Shown piece by piece: positions 27,944-38,229 of a stretch of DNA of 64,000 bases. The stretch's first letter is position 1. Every line of letters starts with the position of its first letter. The stretch lies in NCBI GenBank assembly GCA_002402045.2, contig NVUX02000006.1:49095-113094 (forward strand), written 5' to 3'. Origin of the DNA: Paracoccaceae bacterium. Lineage in GTDB: Bacteria > Pseudomonadota > Alphaproteobacteria > Rhodobacterales > Rhodobacteraceae. Under the pieces are notes generated by a model. That model searched no databases, was not told where the DNA came from, and worked only from the letters and a program-made list of their open reading frames with translations. The position numbers and the translations under genes are program-made.

Positions 27944-28945
27944 ATGACCATACGTTTTGCCCTTTTGGGCGCTGGCCGGATTGGCCATGTCCATGCCAAG
28001 GCAGTTACCAATAACCCGGATTCTATTCTGGTAGCCATTGCTGACGCCCTGCCGCAGGCCGCCACAGATTTGATCGGCATTTATGGCGGAGAGCAGCGCA
28101 GCATTGACGATATTGCCGCCGCAACCGACATTGACGCAGTGCTGATTTGCACGCCAACAAACACCCACGCGGACCTGATCGAGAAATTCGCCCGCGCAGG
28201 AAAAGCCATTTTTTGCGAAAAACCGATTGATCTGAGTGTCGCTCGGGTAAAGTCATGCCTTGAAGTTGTCGCGCAGGAAAACGCAACGTTGATGATCGGC
28301 TTTAACCGTCGGTTCGACCCGCATTTCATGGCGTTGAAAAATGCCGTTGACCAAGGGCGCATTGGCTCAGTCGAGATGATTAACATTATTTCGCGCGATC
28401 CGGGGGCGCCGCCGCCAGAATATATCAAAGTATCGGGCGGGATTTTCAAAGACATGACCATTCATGACTTTGACATGGCACGGTTTTTGTTGGGCGAAGA
28501 AATCGACACGGTTATGGCCAGCGCTTCGGTGCTTGTGGACCCAAAAATTGGTGCGCTAGGCGATTTTGACAGTGCCAACATAATTTTGACCACGGCCAGC
28601 GGCAAACAATGCGCCATCAGCAATTCGCGCCGCGCCACCTATGGCTATGATCAGCGAATCGAGGTGCACGGGTCATTGGGCCTGGTTTCGGCCGAGAACC
28701 AGCGTGAAGTCGGCATCGAAATTGCGACGGCAGACGGCTATACCAAACCGCCGCTTTTCGACTTTTTTATGACCCGTTATTTGTCGGCCTATGCCGCTGA
28801 AATATCTGCTTTTGTCGCGCATCTAAAAGACGCTTCGGCGGCAACACCAAGCGGAGATGACGGGCTTAAGGCGCTGATAATCGCAGAAGCGGTCTTAAAA
28901 TCCGTTCATGAAAACCGTGGAGTATCCCTAAGCGAAATTGCGTAA
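27944..28945 (+). CDS. iolG: myo-inositol 2-dehydrogenase
   Basis: 333 aa. FALLGAGRIG, IFCEKPI and GFNRRFDP motifs are typical of IdhA/IolG. Confidence 0.85.
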   Translation: MTIRFALLGAGRIGHVHAKAVTNNPDSILVAIADALPQAATDLIGIYGGEQRSIDDIAAATDIDAVLICTPTNTHADLIEKFARAGKAIFCEKPIDLSVARVKSCLEVVAQENATLMIGFNRRFDPHFMALKNAVDQGRIGSVEMINIISRDPGAPPPEYIKVSGGIFKDMTIHDFDMARFLLGEEIDTVMASASVLVDPKIGALGDFDSANIILTTASGKQCAISNSRRATYGYDQRIEVHGSLGLVSAENQREVGIEIATADGYTKPPLFDFFMTRYLSAYAAEISAFVAHLKDASAATPSGDDGLKALIIAEAVLKSVHENRGVSLSEIA

Positions 28946-28991
28946 ATAGTGGCGCCTGCGCCGCTGCAAAAAAGAGCAGCGGCGCATTGTT

Positions 28992-30494
28992 TTAGCCTAA
29001 TGTTGGCATATTAAATTCCGCATTGCTACGCTGCCCGCTCGGCCACCGTGTGGTGGTGGTTTTGATGCGGGTGTAAAACCGCACACCTTCCATGCCATGC
29101 ATATGGTGATCCCCAAAGATTGACGATTTCCACCCGCCAAAACTATGAAACGCCATTGGCACCGGAATGGGTACATTAATGCCAACCATGCCAACTTCAA
29201 CATCCTGCGAGAAATTGCGCGCGGTGTCTCCGTCTCGGGTGAAAATTGCGGTGCCATTGGCGTATTGGTGTCTGTGAACAACGTCCAGCGCCTGCTGATA
29301 GCTGCTGGTGCGCACAATGGCCAAAACCGGGCCAAAGATCTCTTCTTTCCAGACGGTCATGTCTGGGGTCACATTATCCAGCAGGGTGCCGCCAATAAAA
29401 TAGCCGCTTTCATAGCCTTGCTTGTCTTGCTTGAAATCGCGGCCATCAACAACAACGGTTGCGCCTTCGGCTTCGCCGGTGTCGATATATCCGCGTACTT
29501 TTGCGAGATGCTCTTTTGTTATCAGCGGCCCCATCTCTGAATCTTCGTCAGTTGTCGCCCCAATTTTGAGTGCCTTGATTTTGGGCACCAATTTTTCAAT
29601 CAACGCATCAGCAACCACATCACTAACCGGTACGGCAACAGAAATCGCCATACAGCGCTCGCCAGCCGACCCAAAAGCCGCGCCCATAAGCGCATTTGCG
29701 GTCATCTCCAGATCAGCATCGGGCATAATGATCGCATGGTTTTTGGCGCCCCCAAGGGCCTGCACGCGTTTTCCATTAGCTGTGCCGGTATTATAGACAT
29801 ATTCCGCAACAGGGGTTGAGCCGACAAAACTGATGGCCTTTACATCCGGATGGACCAATAGCGCATTCACAGCGACTTTATCGCCTTGGATCACGTTAAA
29901 CACACCATCCGGCAAGCCGGCTTCGGTAAGCCATTCTGCCATTTTCAGCGCCGCAGAGGGCACCCGCTCAGATGGTTTCAAAACGAATGTATTGCCACAG
30001 GCCAACGCCACCGGGAACATCCACATTGGCACCATTGCTGGAAAGTTAAACGGAGTGATGCCAACGCAAACGCCCAGCGCTTGGCGGATGTTGTGGCTGT
30101 CTACGACCGAGCCAACATTCTCGGAAAACTCACCTTTTAAAAAGCTAGGCGCGCCGATGGCAAATTCAACAACTTCTAACCCGCGCGTGACTTCGCCCAA
30201 TGCGTCGTCTTGGGTTTTACCGTGCTCACCGGCCAGAATTTTCGCTAATTCGTCGGCGCGATCCCAAAGGATATTTTTGAACTTATCCAATATACGAGCC
30301 CGACGTAGTGCTGGCGTTTTTGACCATTTCGGCCAAGCGGCCTTGGCGGCAGCAACTGCCACAGATACATCTTCCGCCGAGGCCATTGCCACTGTTTTTT
30401 CGACCGCGCCAATGGCCGGGTTATATACAGGGTTGCTACGGCCAGACGCGCCAGAAAACGGGGTGCCGTTAATGAAATGTGCGCATTCAATCAT
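28992..30494 (-). CDS. mmsA: CoA-acylating methylmalonate/malonate-semialdehyde dehydrogenase
   Basis: 500 aa aldehyde dehydrogenase with the catalytic Cys region (GERCMA) and MmsA/IolA-type length and pattern. Confidence 0.9.
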   Translation of the reverse strand: MIECAHFINGTPFSGASGRSNPVYNPAIGAVEKTVAMASAEDVSVAVAAAKAAWPKWSKTPALRRARILDKFKNILWDRADELAKILAGEHGKTQDDALGEVTRGLEVVEFAIGAPSFLKGEFSENVGSVVDSHNIRQALGVCVGITPFNFPAMVPMWMFPVALACGNTFVLKPSERVPSAALKMAEWLTEAGLPDGVFNVIQGDKVAVNALLVHPDVKAISFVGSTPVAEYVYNTGTANGKRVQALGGAKNHAIIMPDADLEMTANALMGAAFGSAGERCMAISVAVPVSDVVADALIEKLVPKIKALKIGATTDEDSEMGPLITKEHLAKVRGYIDTGEAEGATVVVDGRDFKQDKQGYESGYFIGGTLLDNVTPDMTVWKEEIFGPVLAIVRTSSYQQALDVVHRHQYANGTAIFTRDGDTARNFSQDVEVGMVGINVPIPVPMAFHSFGGWKSSIFGDHHMHGMEGVRFYTRIKTTTTRWPSGQRSNAEFNMPTLG

Positions 30495-30590
30495 GATATT
30501 CTCCTATTTTGCTCCTCCAAGCTATCGACACGCCATATCCAAATATATATGTAATATCCGATAATGGATACTTGTTTTTGGAGGTAAGGT

Positions 30591-31478
30591 ATGGATTGGA
30601 ATGATCTAAAATATTTTCTTGCCGTAGCAAGAGAGGGCCAAATTCTTAGCGGAGCACGGCGGCTTGGCGTTTCTCAGGCGACGCTAAATCGGCGGGTCTC
30701 AAATTTGGAGAGAGCCCTAAACACCACGTTGTTTAACCGGTCCACCCTTGGCTGTGAGCTAACACCACAAGGCATTGCATTAATGGAGCGGGCCACACGA
30801 ATTGAAACGGAAACACTAAAAATATCAACCACGCTTTCCAAACCCGAAAGCCCGGTTTCGGGCACTATTCGTATTGGGGCGCCCGACGGGTTTGGCGTCG
30901 CATTTCTGGCACCTCGCCTGCACCTGATAACGGAGAAGTTTCCCGATCTATCGGTGCAATTGGTCCCCATTCCGCGGCATTTTTCGCTTTCTCGAAGAGA
31001 GGCCGACATTGCTGTAACAATCGGACGGCCAGAAAAAGGCCGGTTGCGGGCGCGAAAGCTGACCAATTACTCTCTGGGTCTCTACGCGTCAAAAAACTAC
31101 CTGTCTGAGCACGGATCGCCCGCTTCCATTGAGGCTCTGGAAAAGCACAAACTTGTTGGTTACGTCGAAGATCTTATTTTCACGCCAGCCCTGAACTTTT
31201 CAGCGCATTTTCTAAATAACTGGCGATCTTCCATCGAAGTCTCCAGCGCATTGGGGCAGTTAGAAGTGGTGCGTGCAGGGGGAGGGATCGGCATATTGCA
31301 TGATTTTATGGTGCGCGATATGCCCGATCTTTTACCAATTCTCCCTGATAAGCGGCTAAATCGAAGCTATTGGACAGTTTGGCACGAAGACCTGAAAAAC
31401 AGCCCAGAAATTATCGAAGTGGCACGTTTTCTTACCGATATTGTGAACCGGGAAAAGAAGATATTTATAGCACCTTAA
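30591..31478 (+). CDS. LysR-family transcriptional regulator
   Basis: 295 aa. N-terminal wHTH (MDWNDLKYFLAVAREGQILSGARRLGVSQATLNRRVSNLERAL). Divergent from mmsA. Confidence 0.85.
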   Translation: MDWNDLKYFLAVAREGQILSGARRLGVSQATLNRRVSNLERALNTTLFNRSTLGCELTPQGIALMERATRIETETLKISTTLSKPESPVSGTIRIGAPDGFGVAFLAPRLHLITEKFPDLSVQLVPIPRHFSLSRREADIAVTIGRPEKGRLRARKLTNYSLGLYASKNYLSEHGSPASIEALEKHKLVGYVEDLIFTPALNFSAHFLNNWRSSIEVSSALGQLEVVRAGGGIGILHDFMVRDMPDLLPILPDKRLNRSYWTVWHEDLKNSPEIIEVARFLTDIVNREKKIFIAP

Positions 31479-31943
31479 GGGCAGCCAAATTATCCAGACC
31501 AATATTCATGTAATGTGGTCCTGCTTTCTCAACCGGCTCATCAAATTTGGAAACGTCCACATCCTCATCATTGCCGTATTCCATTATTATGCTGGAATGC
31601 ACCTTAGCAGATTGTCCAATTTTGCGGGACCACTTTTGCCCACAATACGTGGTGATCTGCTGTTCATTGACGCGGCGAAATCAAGAAAATACCCGGACGA
31701 GAACCCTCATTAATGCACGTTTCTTTTTGCCCATATTTATCTGAATACTGGCGCCGCGCAGAGTTTCATTTTGTCAGAATACGGCAGGTGCTGACTAAGA
31801 GTATGCGGTTATTTTGAAATAGTGACCGAATTATGATATAATCGTACGCAATTTTGCTGACATAGTATTTGCGAGGCTTTGCCATAGCTCGCTACCGTAT
31901 GAAGACGGACAAAAACGAATCTATGATTTCTGGGAGGAAAAAC

Positions 31944-33227
31944 ATGAAATTTTCGGGTACTACGGCGCTTGGGCTGACACTTGGCATTGCCAGTGCATCT
32001 GTTGCGGGGGCAGAGTCTCTGACCATCGCGATTGTCAACAACGGTCACATGATCAACATGCAGTCGGTCGCTGAAGCCTACACGGCTGATACCGGCATTG
32101 AGCTAAAATGGGTGTCGCTGGAAGAAGGCGTTCTGCGCGAGCAGGTTACCTCTGACACCGCCACTGGTGGCGGCCAATACGATGTGATTAACATCGGCAT
32201 GCAGGAGGCACCGATTTGGGGCGCTGCTGGCTGGATCGAGCCGCTGAACTTCGGTGCTGAATATGACATTGACGACATGCTGCCCGCAATGCGCAACGGC
32301 TTGTCGTATGAAGGTACGCTCTACGCGGCCCCATTCTACGGCGAGTCTTCCATGGTTATGTACCGCAAAGACCTAACCGATGCCGCGGGCGTAACCATCG
32401 TTGACAACGACTCTTGGGACAATGTGCGCGCCGCTGCGGCCGCCATCCACGACCCAGCAAACGGCGTTTACGGCGTATGCCTGCGCGGTAAGCCTGGTTG
32501 GGGCGACAACATGGCGTTTGTGACAACGGTTGTGAACTCTTTTGGTGGTGCCTGGTTTGATGCCGACATGCGCCCTACTCTGGACTCCGACGAGTGGAAA
32601 GCAGCGATCAACTTCTACGTTGATCTTCTGGGCACCTACGGCCCTCCAGGTTCTGAGGGTAACTCCTTCAACGAAATCCTTGCGCTCTACAACGAAGGCA
32701 AGTGTGGCATGTGGATTGATGCAACGATCGCAGCATCATTCTTGACGGTTGATGGTGTGGCGTATGCGCAATCACCAAATGCGGGTAACCCCGTGGGTGC
32801 AAACTGGCTCTGGGCTTGGGCGATGGCGGTACCAACCGGTTCACCAAACTCCGAAGCAGCGCATGACTTCATCGAGTGGGCAACATCTAAAGCGTACATC
32901 CAAGCCGTAGCTGACCACCCAGACTTTGGTTGGGGCTCTGTTCCAACAGGGACACGCGCTTCGACATACGCTCATCCTGAGTTTCAGGCCGTTGCCGGCT
33001 TTGCAGCCGCTGAGATGGCGGCGATCGAATCTGCGGCGCCTGAAGCAACGGACCTTAAGCCCTATGTTGGCGTACAGTTCGCAGCAATCCCTGAGTTCCC
33101 AGAAGTTGGCACTGCGGTTGCGCAAGAAATTGCAGCGGCATTATCCGGCGCAAAATCTGTGGACGAAGCCCTGGCAGCAGCACAATCCGCTGCCGACGCC
33201 ATCATGGTTGAGGCCGGTTACTATTAA
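31944..33227 (+). CDS. smoE: sorbitol/mannitol ABC transporter periplasmic binding protein
   Basis: The start is moved to ATG 31944 (MKFSGTTALGLTLGIASASVAGA), preceded by the GGGAGGA RBS. Family-1 extracellular solute-binding protein, in a smoEFG-smoS-mtlK-smoK context. Confidence 0.8.
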   Translation: MKFSGTTALGLTLGIASASVAGAESLTIAIVNNGHMINMQSVAEAYTADTGIELKWVSLEEGVLREQVTSDTATGGGQYDVINIGMQEAPIWGAAGWIEPLNFGAEYDIDDMLPAMRNGLSYEGTLYAAPFYGESSMVMYRKDLTDAAGVTIVDNDSWDNVRAAAAAIHDPANGVYGVCLRGKPGWGDNMAFVTTVVNSFGGAWFDADMRPTLDSDEWKAAINFYVDLLGTYGPPGSEGNSFNEILALYNEGKCGMWIDATIAASFLTVDGVAYAQSPNAGNPVGANWLWAWAMAVPTGSPNSEAAHDFIEWATSKAYIQAVADHPDFGWGSVPTGTRASTYAHPEFQAVAGFAAAEMAAIESAAPEATDLKPYVGVQFAAIPEFPEVGTAVAQEIAAALSGAKSVDEALAAAQSAADAIMVEAGYY

Positions 33228-33366
33228 TCGCCTCGCGTAGCAAATGTTGGGCCCGGCTTCCTCAGCCGGGCCCGACACCCAAGCCTAAATAATTCATTGT
33301 TCGGCGTGCCCGAACACCCGCATATTGAAGACTTCAACGAAACCCAGCTTTGTAAGGTGCCAGAGT

Positions 33367-34305
33367 ATGTCAAATAGAACGCTCCCTCGGTTGTTGCAAG
33401 CACCAGCCATCTTGCTCCTGCTAATTTGGATGCTGGTTCCCCTCAGCATGACCCTGTATTTCTCGTTCATTCGATACGTTTTAAACAGCACGATCCGGCC
33501 AGAATGGATGACGCCAGCGTTAAGCAATTGGCGCGGACTCGGAAACTACAAATACGTTTTAGAAGCCAAGGATTTTTGGTTTGCGATCCAGAACTCTGTG
33601 TTTATCGTGAGCAGCATCCTCATTCTAACCGTCGTCTTGGGCCTCGGCATTGCGGTTCTCATAAACCGGTCATTTCCAGGGCGCGGCATTGTGCGCGTTC
33701 TGCTCATTTCGCCCTTCTTCGTAATGCCTGCGGTCAACGCTGTTTTGTGGATCAACATGATCCTTGATCCAGTCTTGGGCCTAAACGGGCTCGCGGTTGC
33801 TGGCATAAACGAAATCGTAGACGGCTTAAGAGACTTTCCGGTCTTGGGCGGCTTCTTCTCAATGTGGCCAGAATTTGAGCCCATTTCGTTTCGCGCCACA
33901 CAAACTTCGTCATATGCTGTGATTATGATGGTGACATGGCAGTGGACACCCTTTGCGGTCCTTATATTCATGACGTCTTTGCAGTCGGAAGACGAGTCGC
34001 AAAAGGAGGCGGCAACGCTTGACGGTGCGAGCCCTTGGTCAAAATTCATCAACTTAACTGTCCCGCACTTGGCGCGGCCAATCGCGATTGTGGTGATGAT
34101 TCAGTCAATCTTTCATCTCTCGCTTTATGCGGAAATTGAAATTGTTAGCCGCGGCAACGGAAACAAAAACCTGCCGTATCTCATCGGCGAATTTACTTCG
34201 AATAATATTGGCGCCGCGAGTGCCACTGGCATCTTCGCCGTCATCCTTGCCAACATCATAGCAATCTTTTTGCTGCGAATTGTTGGCAAGAGTCTGATGG
34301 ATTAG
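33367..34305 (+). CDS. smoF: sorbitol/mannitol ABC transporter permease
   Basis: MalF-type permease with multiple TM segments and the EAA-loop region (QKEAATLDGASPWSKFINLTVP). Start uncertain: ATG 33367 is preferred over TTG 33325. Confidence 0.8.
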   Translation: MSNRTLPRLLQAPAILLLLIWMLVPLSMTLYFSFIRYVLNSTIRPEWMTPALSNWRGLGNYKYVLEAKDFWFAIQNSVFIVSSILILTVVLGLGIAVLINRSFPGRGIVRVLLISPFFVMPAVNAVLWINMILDPVLGLNGLAVAGINEIVDGLRDFPVLGGFFSMWPEFEPISFRATQTSSYAVIMMVTWQWTPFAVLIFMTSLQSEDESQKEAATLDGASPWSKFINLTVPHLARPIAIVVMIQSIFHLSLYAEIEIVSRGNGNKNLPYLIGEFTSNNIGAASATGIFAVILANIIAIFLLRIVGKSLMD

Positions 34306-34315
34306 GGGAAAAACA

Positions 34316-35152
34316 ATGGCAATTGTAACGCAATCATCTAAACTTGGTAATGTCCTATGGCCCACTTTGGCGTGGGTCGTCGCCCTTATCTTCTTTTTCC
34401 CGATCTTTTGGCTTGTTTTTACCAGCTTCAAAACAGACGCCGATGCGGTGAAACCGGAATTTCTGTTCTTCTTCACGCCAACGCTTGAGAACTACACAAA
34501 TATGACCGAGAATTACGATTACTGGCGCTTCGCCATCAACTCGGTCATTACCTCGACCTTCGCAACGCTGTTTGCCTTGGCTGTTGGCGTGCCGGCGGCC
34601 TATGCGATGGCCTTTGACCCAAGCCGCCGCACCAAAGATATCCTGATGTGGATGTTGTCAACCAAGATGTTACCAGCCGCAGCGGTGCTGTATCCGATGA
34701 CATTTTTAACCAAAAATTTCCTTGGAATATTTGACACGCATTTCCTGATTATTCTGGTGCTCTGCTTAATCAACTTGCCCATCGTTATCTGGATGTTGTT
34801 CACCTATTTCAAAGAAATCCCGAAGGAAATCATTGAAGCGGGCAAGATGGATGGTGTCAGTTTATGGGGCGAAATCAAAGATATTCTCATTCCGCTTGCA
34901 TGGGGGGGTATCGTGTCCACCGCACTGTTAACCTTTATTTTCTGCTGGAACGAAGCCTATTGGACGGTTCGCCTGACGACAATTGATGCGGCAACGCTTT
35001 CCAAGCTCATTGAAGGCAACCGCGCCCCAGAAGGCCTATTCTTTGGCCGGCTTGCGGCCGTATCAACGGCGGCCATCGCCCCGATCATCATCTTGGGATG
35101 GTTTTGCCAAAAGCAATTGGTTCAGGGCCTAACATTTGGAGCTGTGAAATGA
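34316..35152 (+). CDS. smoG: sorbitol/mannitol ABC transporter permease
   Basis: 278 aa MalG-type permease (EAGKMDGVSLWGEIKDILIPL). Confidence 0.85.
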   Translation: MAIVTQSSKLGNVLWPTLAWVVALIFFFPIFWLVFTSFKTDADAVKPEFLFFFTPTLENYTNMTENYDYWRFAINSVITSTFATLFALAVGVPAAYAMAFDPSRRTKDILMWMLSTKMLPAAAVLYPMTFLTKNFLGIFDTHFLIILVLCLINLPIVIWMLFTYFKEIPKEIIEAGKMDGVSLWGEIKDILIPLAWGGIVSTALLTFIFCWNEAYWTVRLTTIDAATLSKLIEGNRAPEGLFFGRLAAVSTAAIAPIIILGWFCQKQLVQGLTFGAVK

Positions 35153-35913
35153 GCCTAAACGCCGCCCCAACTGATCTGACAGGCAAGGTCTGTTTGGTAA
35201 CCGGTGCCTCTGGCGGCATCGGCGCCAGCACGGTTGCACATTTTGCGGCCCTCGGCGCAACGGTCTTTGCCACCGACATCGCGGACAGCTTTGAAGGCCC
35301 AGCAACTTACAAGCGGTTCGACTTGCTTAACGATACTGATTTGGACAAATGCACATATTGGATATCACAAATCAAGCCCGACATCCTTTTCAATAACGCC
35401 GCTCTATTTGCAATGGGAAGCGTTTTGGACTCCGGAGATTTGAACCAGTTGGACCGATTATTCGGCGTCAACGTGCGGGCCTTTTACGCGATCATGCAAG
35501 CGGCGGCAAAGTCGATGGTTGCGAATGGCCAGAAAGGCTCGATCATCAATCTTGCCTCCCAAGCCGGGCACCGTGGTGAGGCCCTTGTGGCGCATTATTG
35601 TGCAACCAAAGCCGCGGCCATTAGTTACACCCAGTCAACGGCATTGGCGCTGGCGCCACATGGCATACGGGTAAATGCCATTAGCCCTGGCGTGATTGAC
35701 ACGCCGATGTGGAAATCCGTTGATGCGTTATTTGCCAAATTCGAGGGCAAAGCGCCGGGGCAAAAGAAACGCGAGGTCGGCGAGGCTGTACCGCTTGGCC
35801 ATATGGGCACGCCTGATGACGTGGCGCGTGCCGCTGTTTTCCTCGCGAGTGAACAATCATCTTATATGACCGCACAGACCATCGGTGTCGATGGCGGCAA
35901 CGTGCTTAGGTAA
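35149..35913 (+). CDS. smoS: short-chain dehydrogenase, sorbitol dehydrogenase type
   Basis: ATG 35149 overlaps the smoG stop (ATGA). TGASGGIG cofactor motif and YxxxK (HYCATK). Cluster context. Confidence 0.8.
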   Translation: MSLNAAPTDLTGKVCLVTGASGGIGASTVAHFAALGATVFATDIADSFEGPATYKRFDLLNDTDLDKCTYWISQIKPDILFNNAALFAMGSVLDSGDLNQLDRLFGVNVRAFYAIMQAAAKSMVANGQKGSIINLASQAGHRGEALVAHYCATKAAAISYTQSTALALAPHGIRVNAISPGVIDTPMWKSVDALFAKFEGKAPGQKKREVGEAVPLGHMGTPDDVARAAVFLASEQSSYMTAQTIGVDGGNVLR

Positions 35914-35917
35914 ACTT

Positions 35918-36811
35918 ATGTCAATAATTACGCCAGAAATTGAAATGGTTGATCGCAGCGCGCGATCTATTCGCTACCTTGAACATGGGTGGCCTAATGA
36001 CCTGTGCCGCTGGCATGCCCATGAGGAATACGAGCTGCATTTGATCGTAGAAACGCGCGGCAAGGCCTTTGTTGGCGATTATATTGGCGACTTTAAAGCG
36101 GGTGACCTGTTTATGACGGGGCCAAATTTGCCGCACAATTGGGTCACGAATAAAGTGTGGACTAAGCCGATTGAAACACGGGATATGCTGGTACAGTTCA
36201 GCCACGAAAGTGTAGCGAAACTTGCAGAAGGTTTCCCGGAGTTTTCTCAGGTATTACAGATGTTGCAACTTGCACAATCTGGCATTCTCTTCGAAGATTT
36301 TAACCCCACATTTGCCCGCGGCCATATGGAATCTGTCCGTGACAACAAGGGGGCCGAACGCATATTGGCTTTCATTCGCTTCCTTGTGCGGCTCAATGAG
36401 CATGCGGAAAAGAAAACCCTTTCCGCAGCTAGGCTTATTCTTCCCGCAGGCGGCAGCAAGCAGGCGCGCATAGCTGAAGTAATTGATTTTATTACGGAAA
36501 ACTTCAGTGAGGGGATTTCAGTTGGCACGGCAGCTAAGATGGCCAGCATGACAGAGATCACCTTCAGTCGCAATTTCCAGTCTGTAACCGGAAATTCCTT
36601 TGTTGAGTTCCTGAACCGGATCCGCATCGGCGAGGCGTGTGGAATGCTGTATGCCTCTGACACTCAGATCACCACAATTGCGCAGAATGCCGGCTTCAAG
36701 AACCTCGCTAATTTTAATCGGCATTTCTTGAAGTTGAAGGGCATGACGCCGTCCGAATATCGCGATACAGCGCGCAAAGATCTGGCGCCGCAGTTGGAGT
36801 CGTCCTTATGA
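35918..36811 (+). CDS. AraC-family transcriptional regulator (cupin sensor domain), polyol-locus regulator
   Basis: N-terminal cupin-like region (WHAHEEYELHLI). C-terminal AraC HTH (ITTIAQNAGFKNLANFNRHFLKLKGMTPSEYR). Start taken at ATG 35918, just after the smoS stop. Confidence 0.8.
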   Translation: MSIITPEIEMVDRSARSIRYLEHGWPNDLCRWHAHEEYELHLIVETRGKAFVGDYIGDFKAGDLFMTGPNLPHNWVTNKVWTKPIETRDMLVQFSHESVAKLAEGFPEFSQVLQMLQLAQSGILFEDFNPTFARGHMESVRDNKGAERILAFIRFLVRLNEHAEKKTLSAARLILPAGGSKQARIAEVIDFITENFSEGISVGTAAKMASMTEITFSRNFQSVTGNSFVEFLNRIRIGEACGMLYASDTQITTIAQNAGFKNLANFNRHFLKLKGMTPSEYRDTARKDLAPQLESSL

Positions 36812-38229
36812 ACCATTTGACGCACACATCCGTATTTGCAACCCGTTATGACCGGGCCGCTTGTAAAACCGGCATCGTTCACTTGGGCTTTGGCGCCTTT
36901 CATCGCGCGCATCAGGCGGTCTATATTGATGACTATATGGAAACCTCGGGAGATCTACGCTGGGGGATAGCGGCGGTGAATTTGCGTGGCACAGAGACGG
37001 ATCAGTTTGCCGTGGCCAAAGCAGATATCCAACGCCATGATGGATACTACCTAAAATCCTTCTCGGCGGACGGCGAGGTCGCGCTGCGCCGCGTGCGCTC
37101 TCATACTTCTTTCGCGGATTGGCGTGTTGCCAAGGCGGATGCTGAAGCGCTTTTGTCAAATTCCTCAGTTCATCTCGTTACGATTACGGTCACGGAAAGC
37201 GGCTATTATACCGATCCAAACGGCGATCTTAACACCGCAGATCCGACAATCTTCGCCGAAATCAGCGGCGGCATTCCGCAAAGCGTTTATGGCTATTTAC
37301 GCGCCGCGCTTGGCAAACGCTTTGCCAGCACGCGCGCGCCACTAACCATCGCTTGCTGTGATAATATTCGCCAAAACGGAAAAATGTTAAGCCGAAACCT
37401 GTTGGCATATCTGGCAGCTTGTGGAGACCACATGCTTGCACAATGGGTGTCTGAAAACGTCGCGTTCCCCTGCTCAATGGTAGACAGGATAACCCCGCGC
37501 AGCCCAGCTGGTCTTGGCCGCGAATTGTCAGCGCTGCTTGGTAAAGACGTGACCGCACCCATTATGGCCGAAGACTTCACCCAGTGGGTTTTGCAAGATA
37601 GCGCTGCGGCAGAAATGCCTGATTTAGCGCAATCGGGCGTAACCGTTACAAATGATGTAGACCCCTATGAGGAAACCAAAATTCGTGTGCTAAACGGCGG
37701 CCACACCGCGCTGACATATATGGCCGCGCTGGAGGGGCTAGACACATTTGACGCCGCTATGCGCGTGCCGCACCTGTATGAGCATTTCCATAATTTCGAA
37801 ACAAAAGAAGTTTTACCTGCGATTACAATTAAGCTGCCCTTTTCAAAAAATGACTACCTCGCTGAGGTTACACGCCGGTTTGGCAATCAGGCCATTGGCG
37901 ATCAAATCTCACGAATTTGCGCAGACGGAATGGCGAAGTTTCCAATTTTCATCCGCCCAACAATTGCCGGATGTTTGGCTCAAGGCGGTTTGCCAGTCTT
38001 TGCTATCCGCAGCATTGCCAGCTGGTATGTTTTTGCGCGCCATGTCGCCGCCGGAAAGATACCTTTTGATTATATTGAACCCAGCTGGGACGACCTGAAT
38101 GCGCTGCTAACCACTGAAGCGTTTTTCACCAGTCATCAACTGTGGGGTGACATTCCTGAAACCTATCCAGAATTCGTCGAAACCCTTCGGCGCGAAATTA
38201 CAGAATTGGAGTTAAAATGGCCGGTTTAA
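36808..38229 (+). CDS. mtlK: mannitol 2-dehydrogenase (long-chain polyol dehydrogenase family)
   Basis: 473 aa. N-terminal [17 protein letters not shown] motif and VDRITP motif of the mannitol dehydrogenase family. ATGA overlap with the regulator gene. Confidence 0.85.
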   Translation: MNHLTHTSVFATRYDRAACKTGIVHLGFGAFHRAHQAVYIDDYMETSGDLRWGIAAVNLRGTETDQFAVAKADIQRHDGYYLKSFSADGEVALRRVRSHTSFADWRVAKADAEALLSNSSVHLVTITVTESGYYTDPNGDLNTADPTIFAEISGGIPQSVYGYLRAALGKRFASTRAPLTIACCDNIRQNGKMLSRNLLAYLAACGDHMLAQWVSENVAFPCSMVDRITPRSPAGLGRELSALLGKDVTAPIMAEDFTQWVLQDSAAAEMPDLAQSGVTVTNDVDPYEETKIRVLNGGHTALTYMAALEGLDTFDAAMRVPHLYEHFHNFETKEVLPAITIKLPFSKNDYLAEVTRRFGNQAIGDQISRICADGMAKFPIFIRPTIAGCLAQGGLPVFAIRSIASWYVFARHVAAGKIPFDYIEPSWDDLNALLTTEAFFTSHQLWGDIPETYPEFVETLRREITELELKWPV

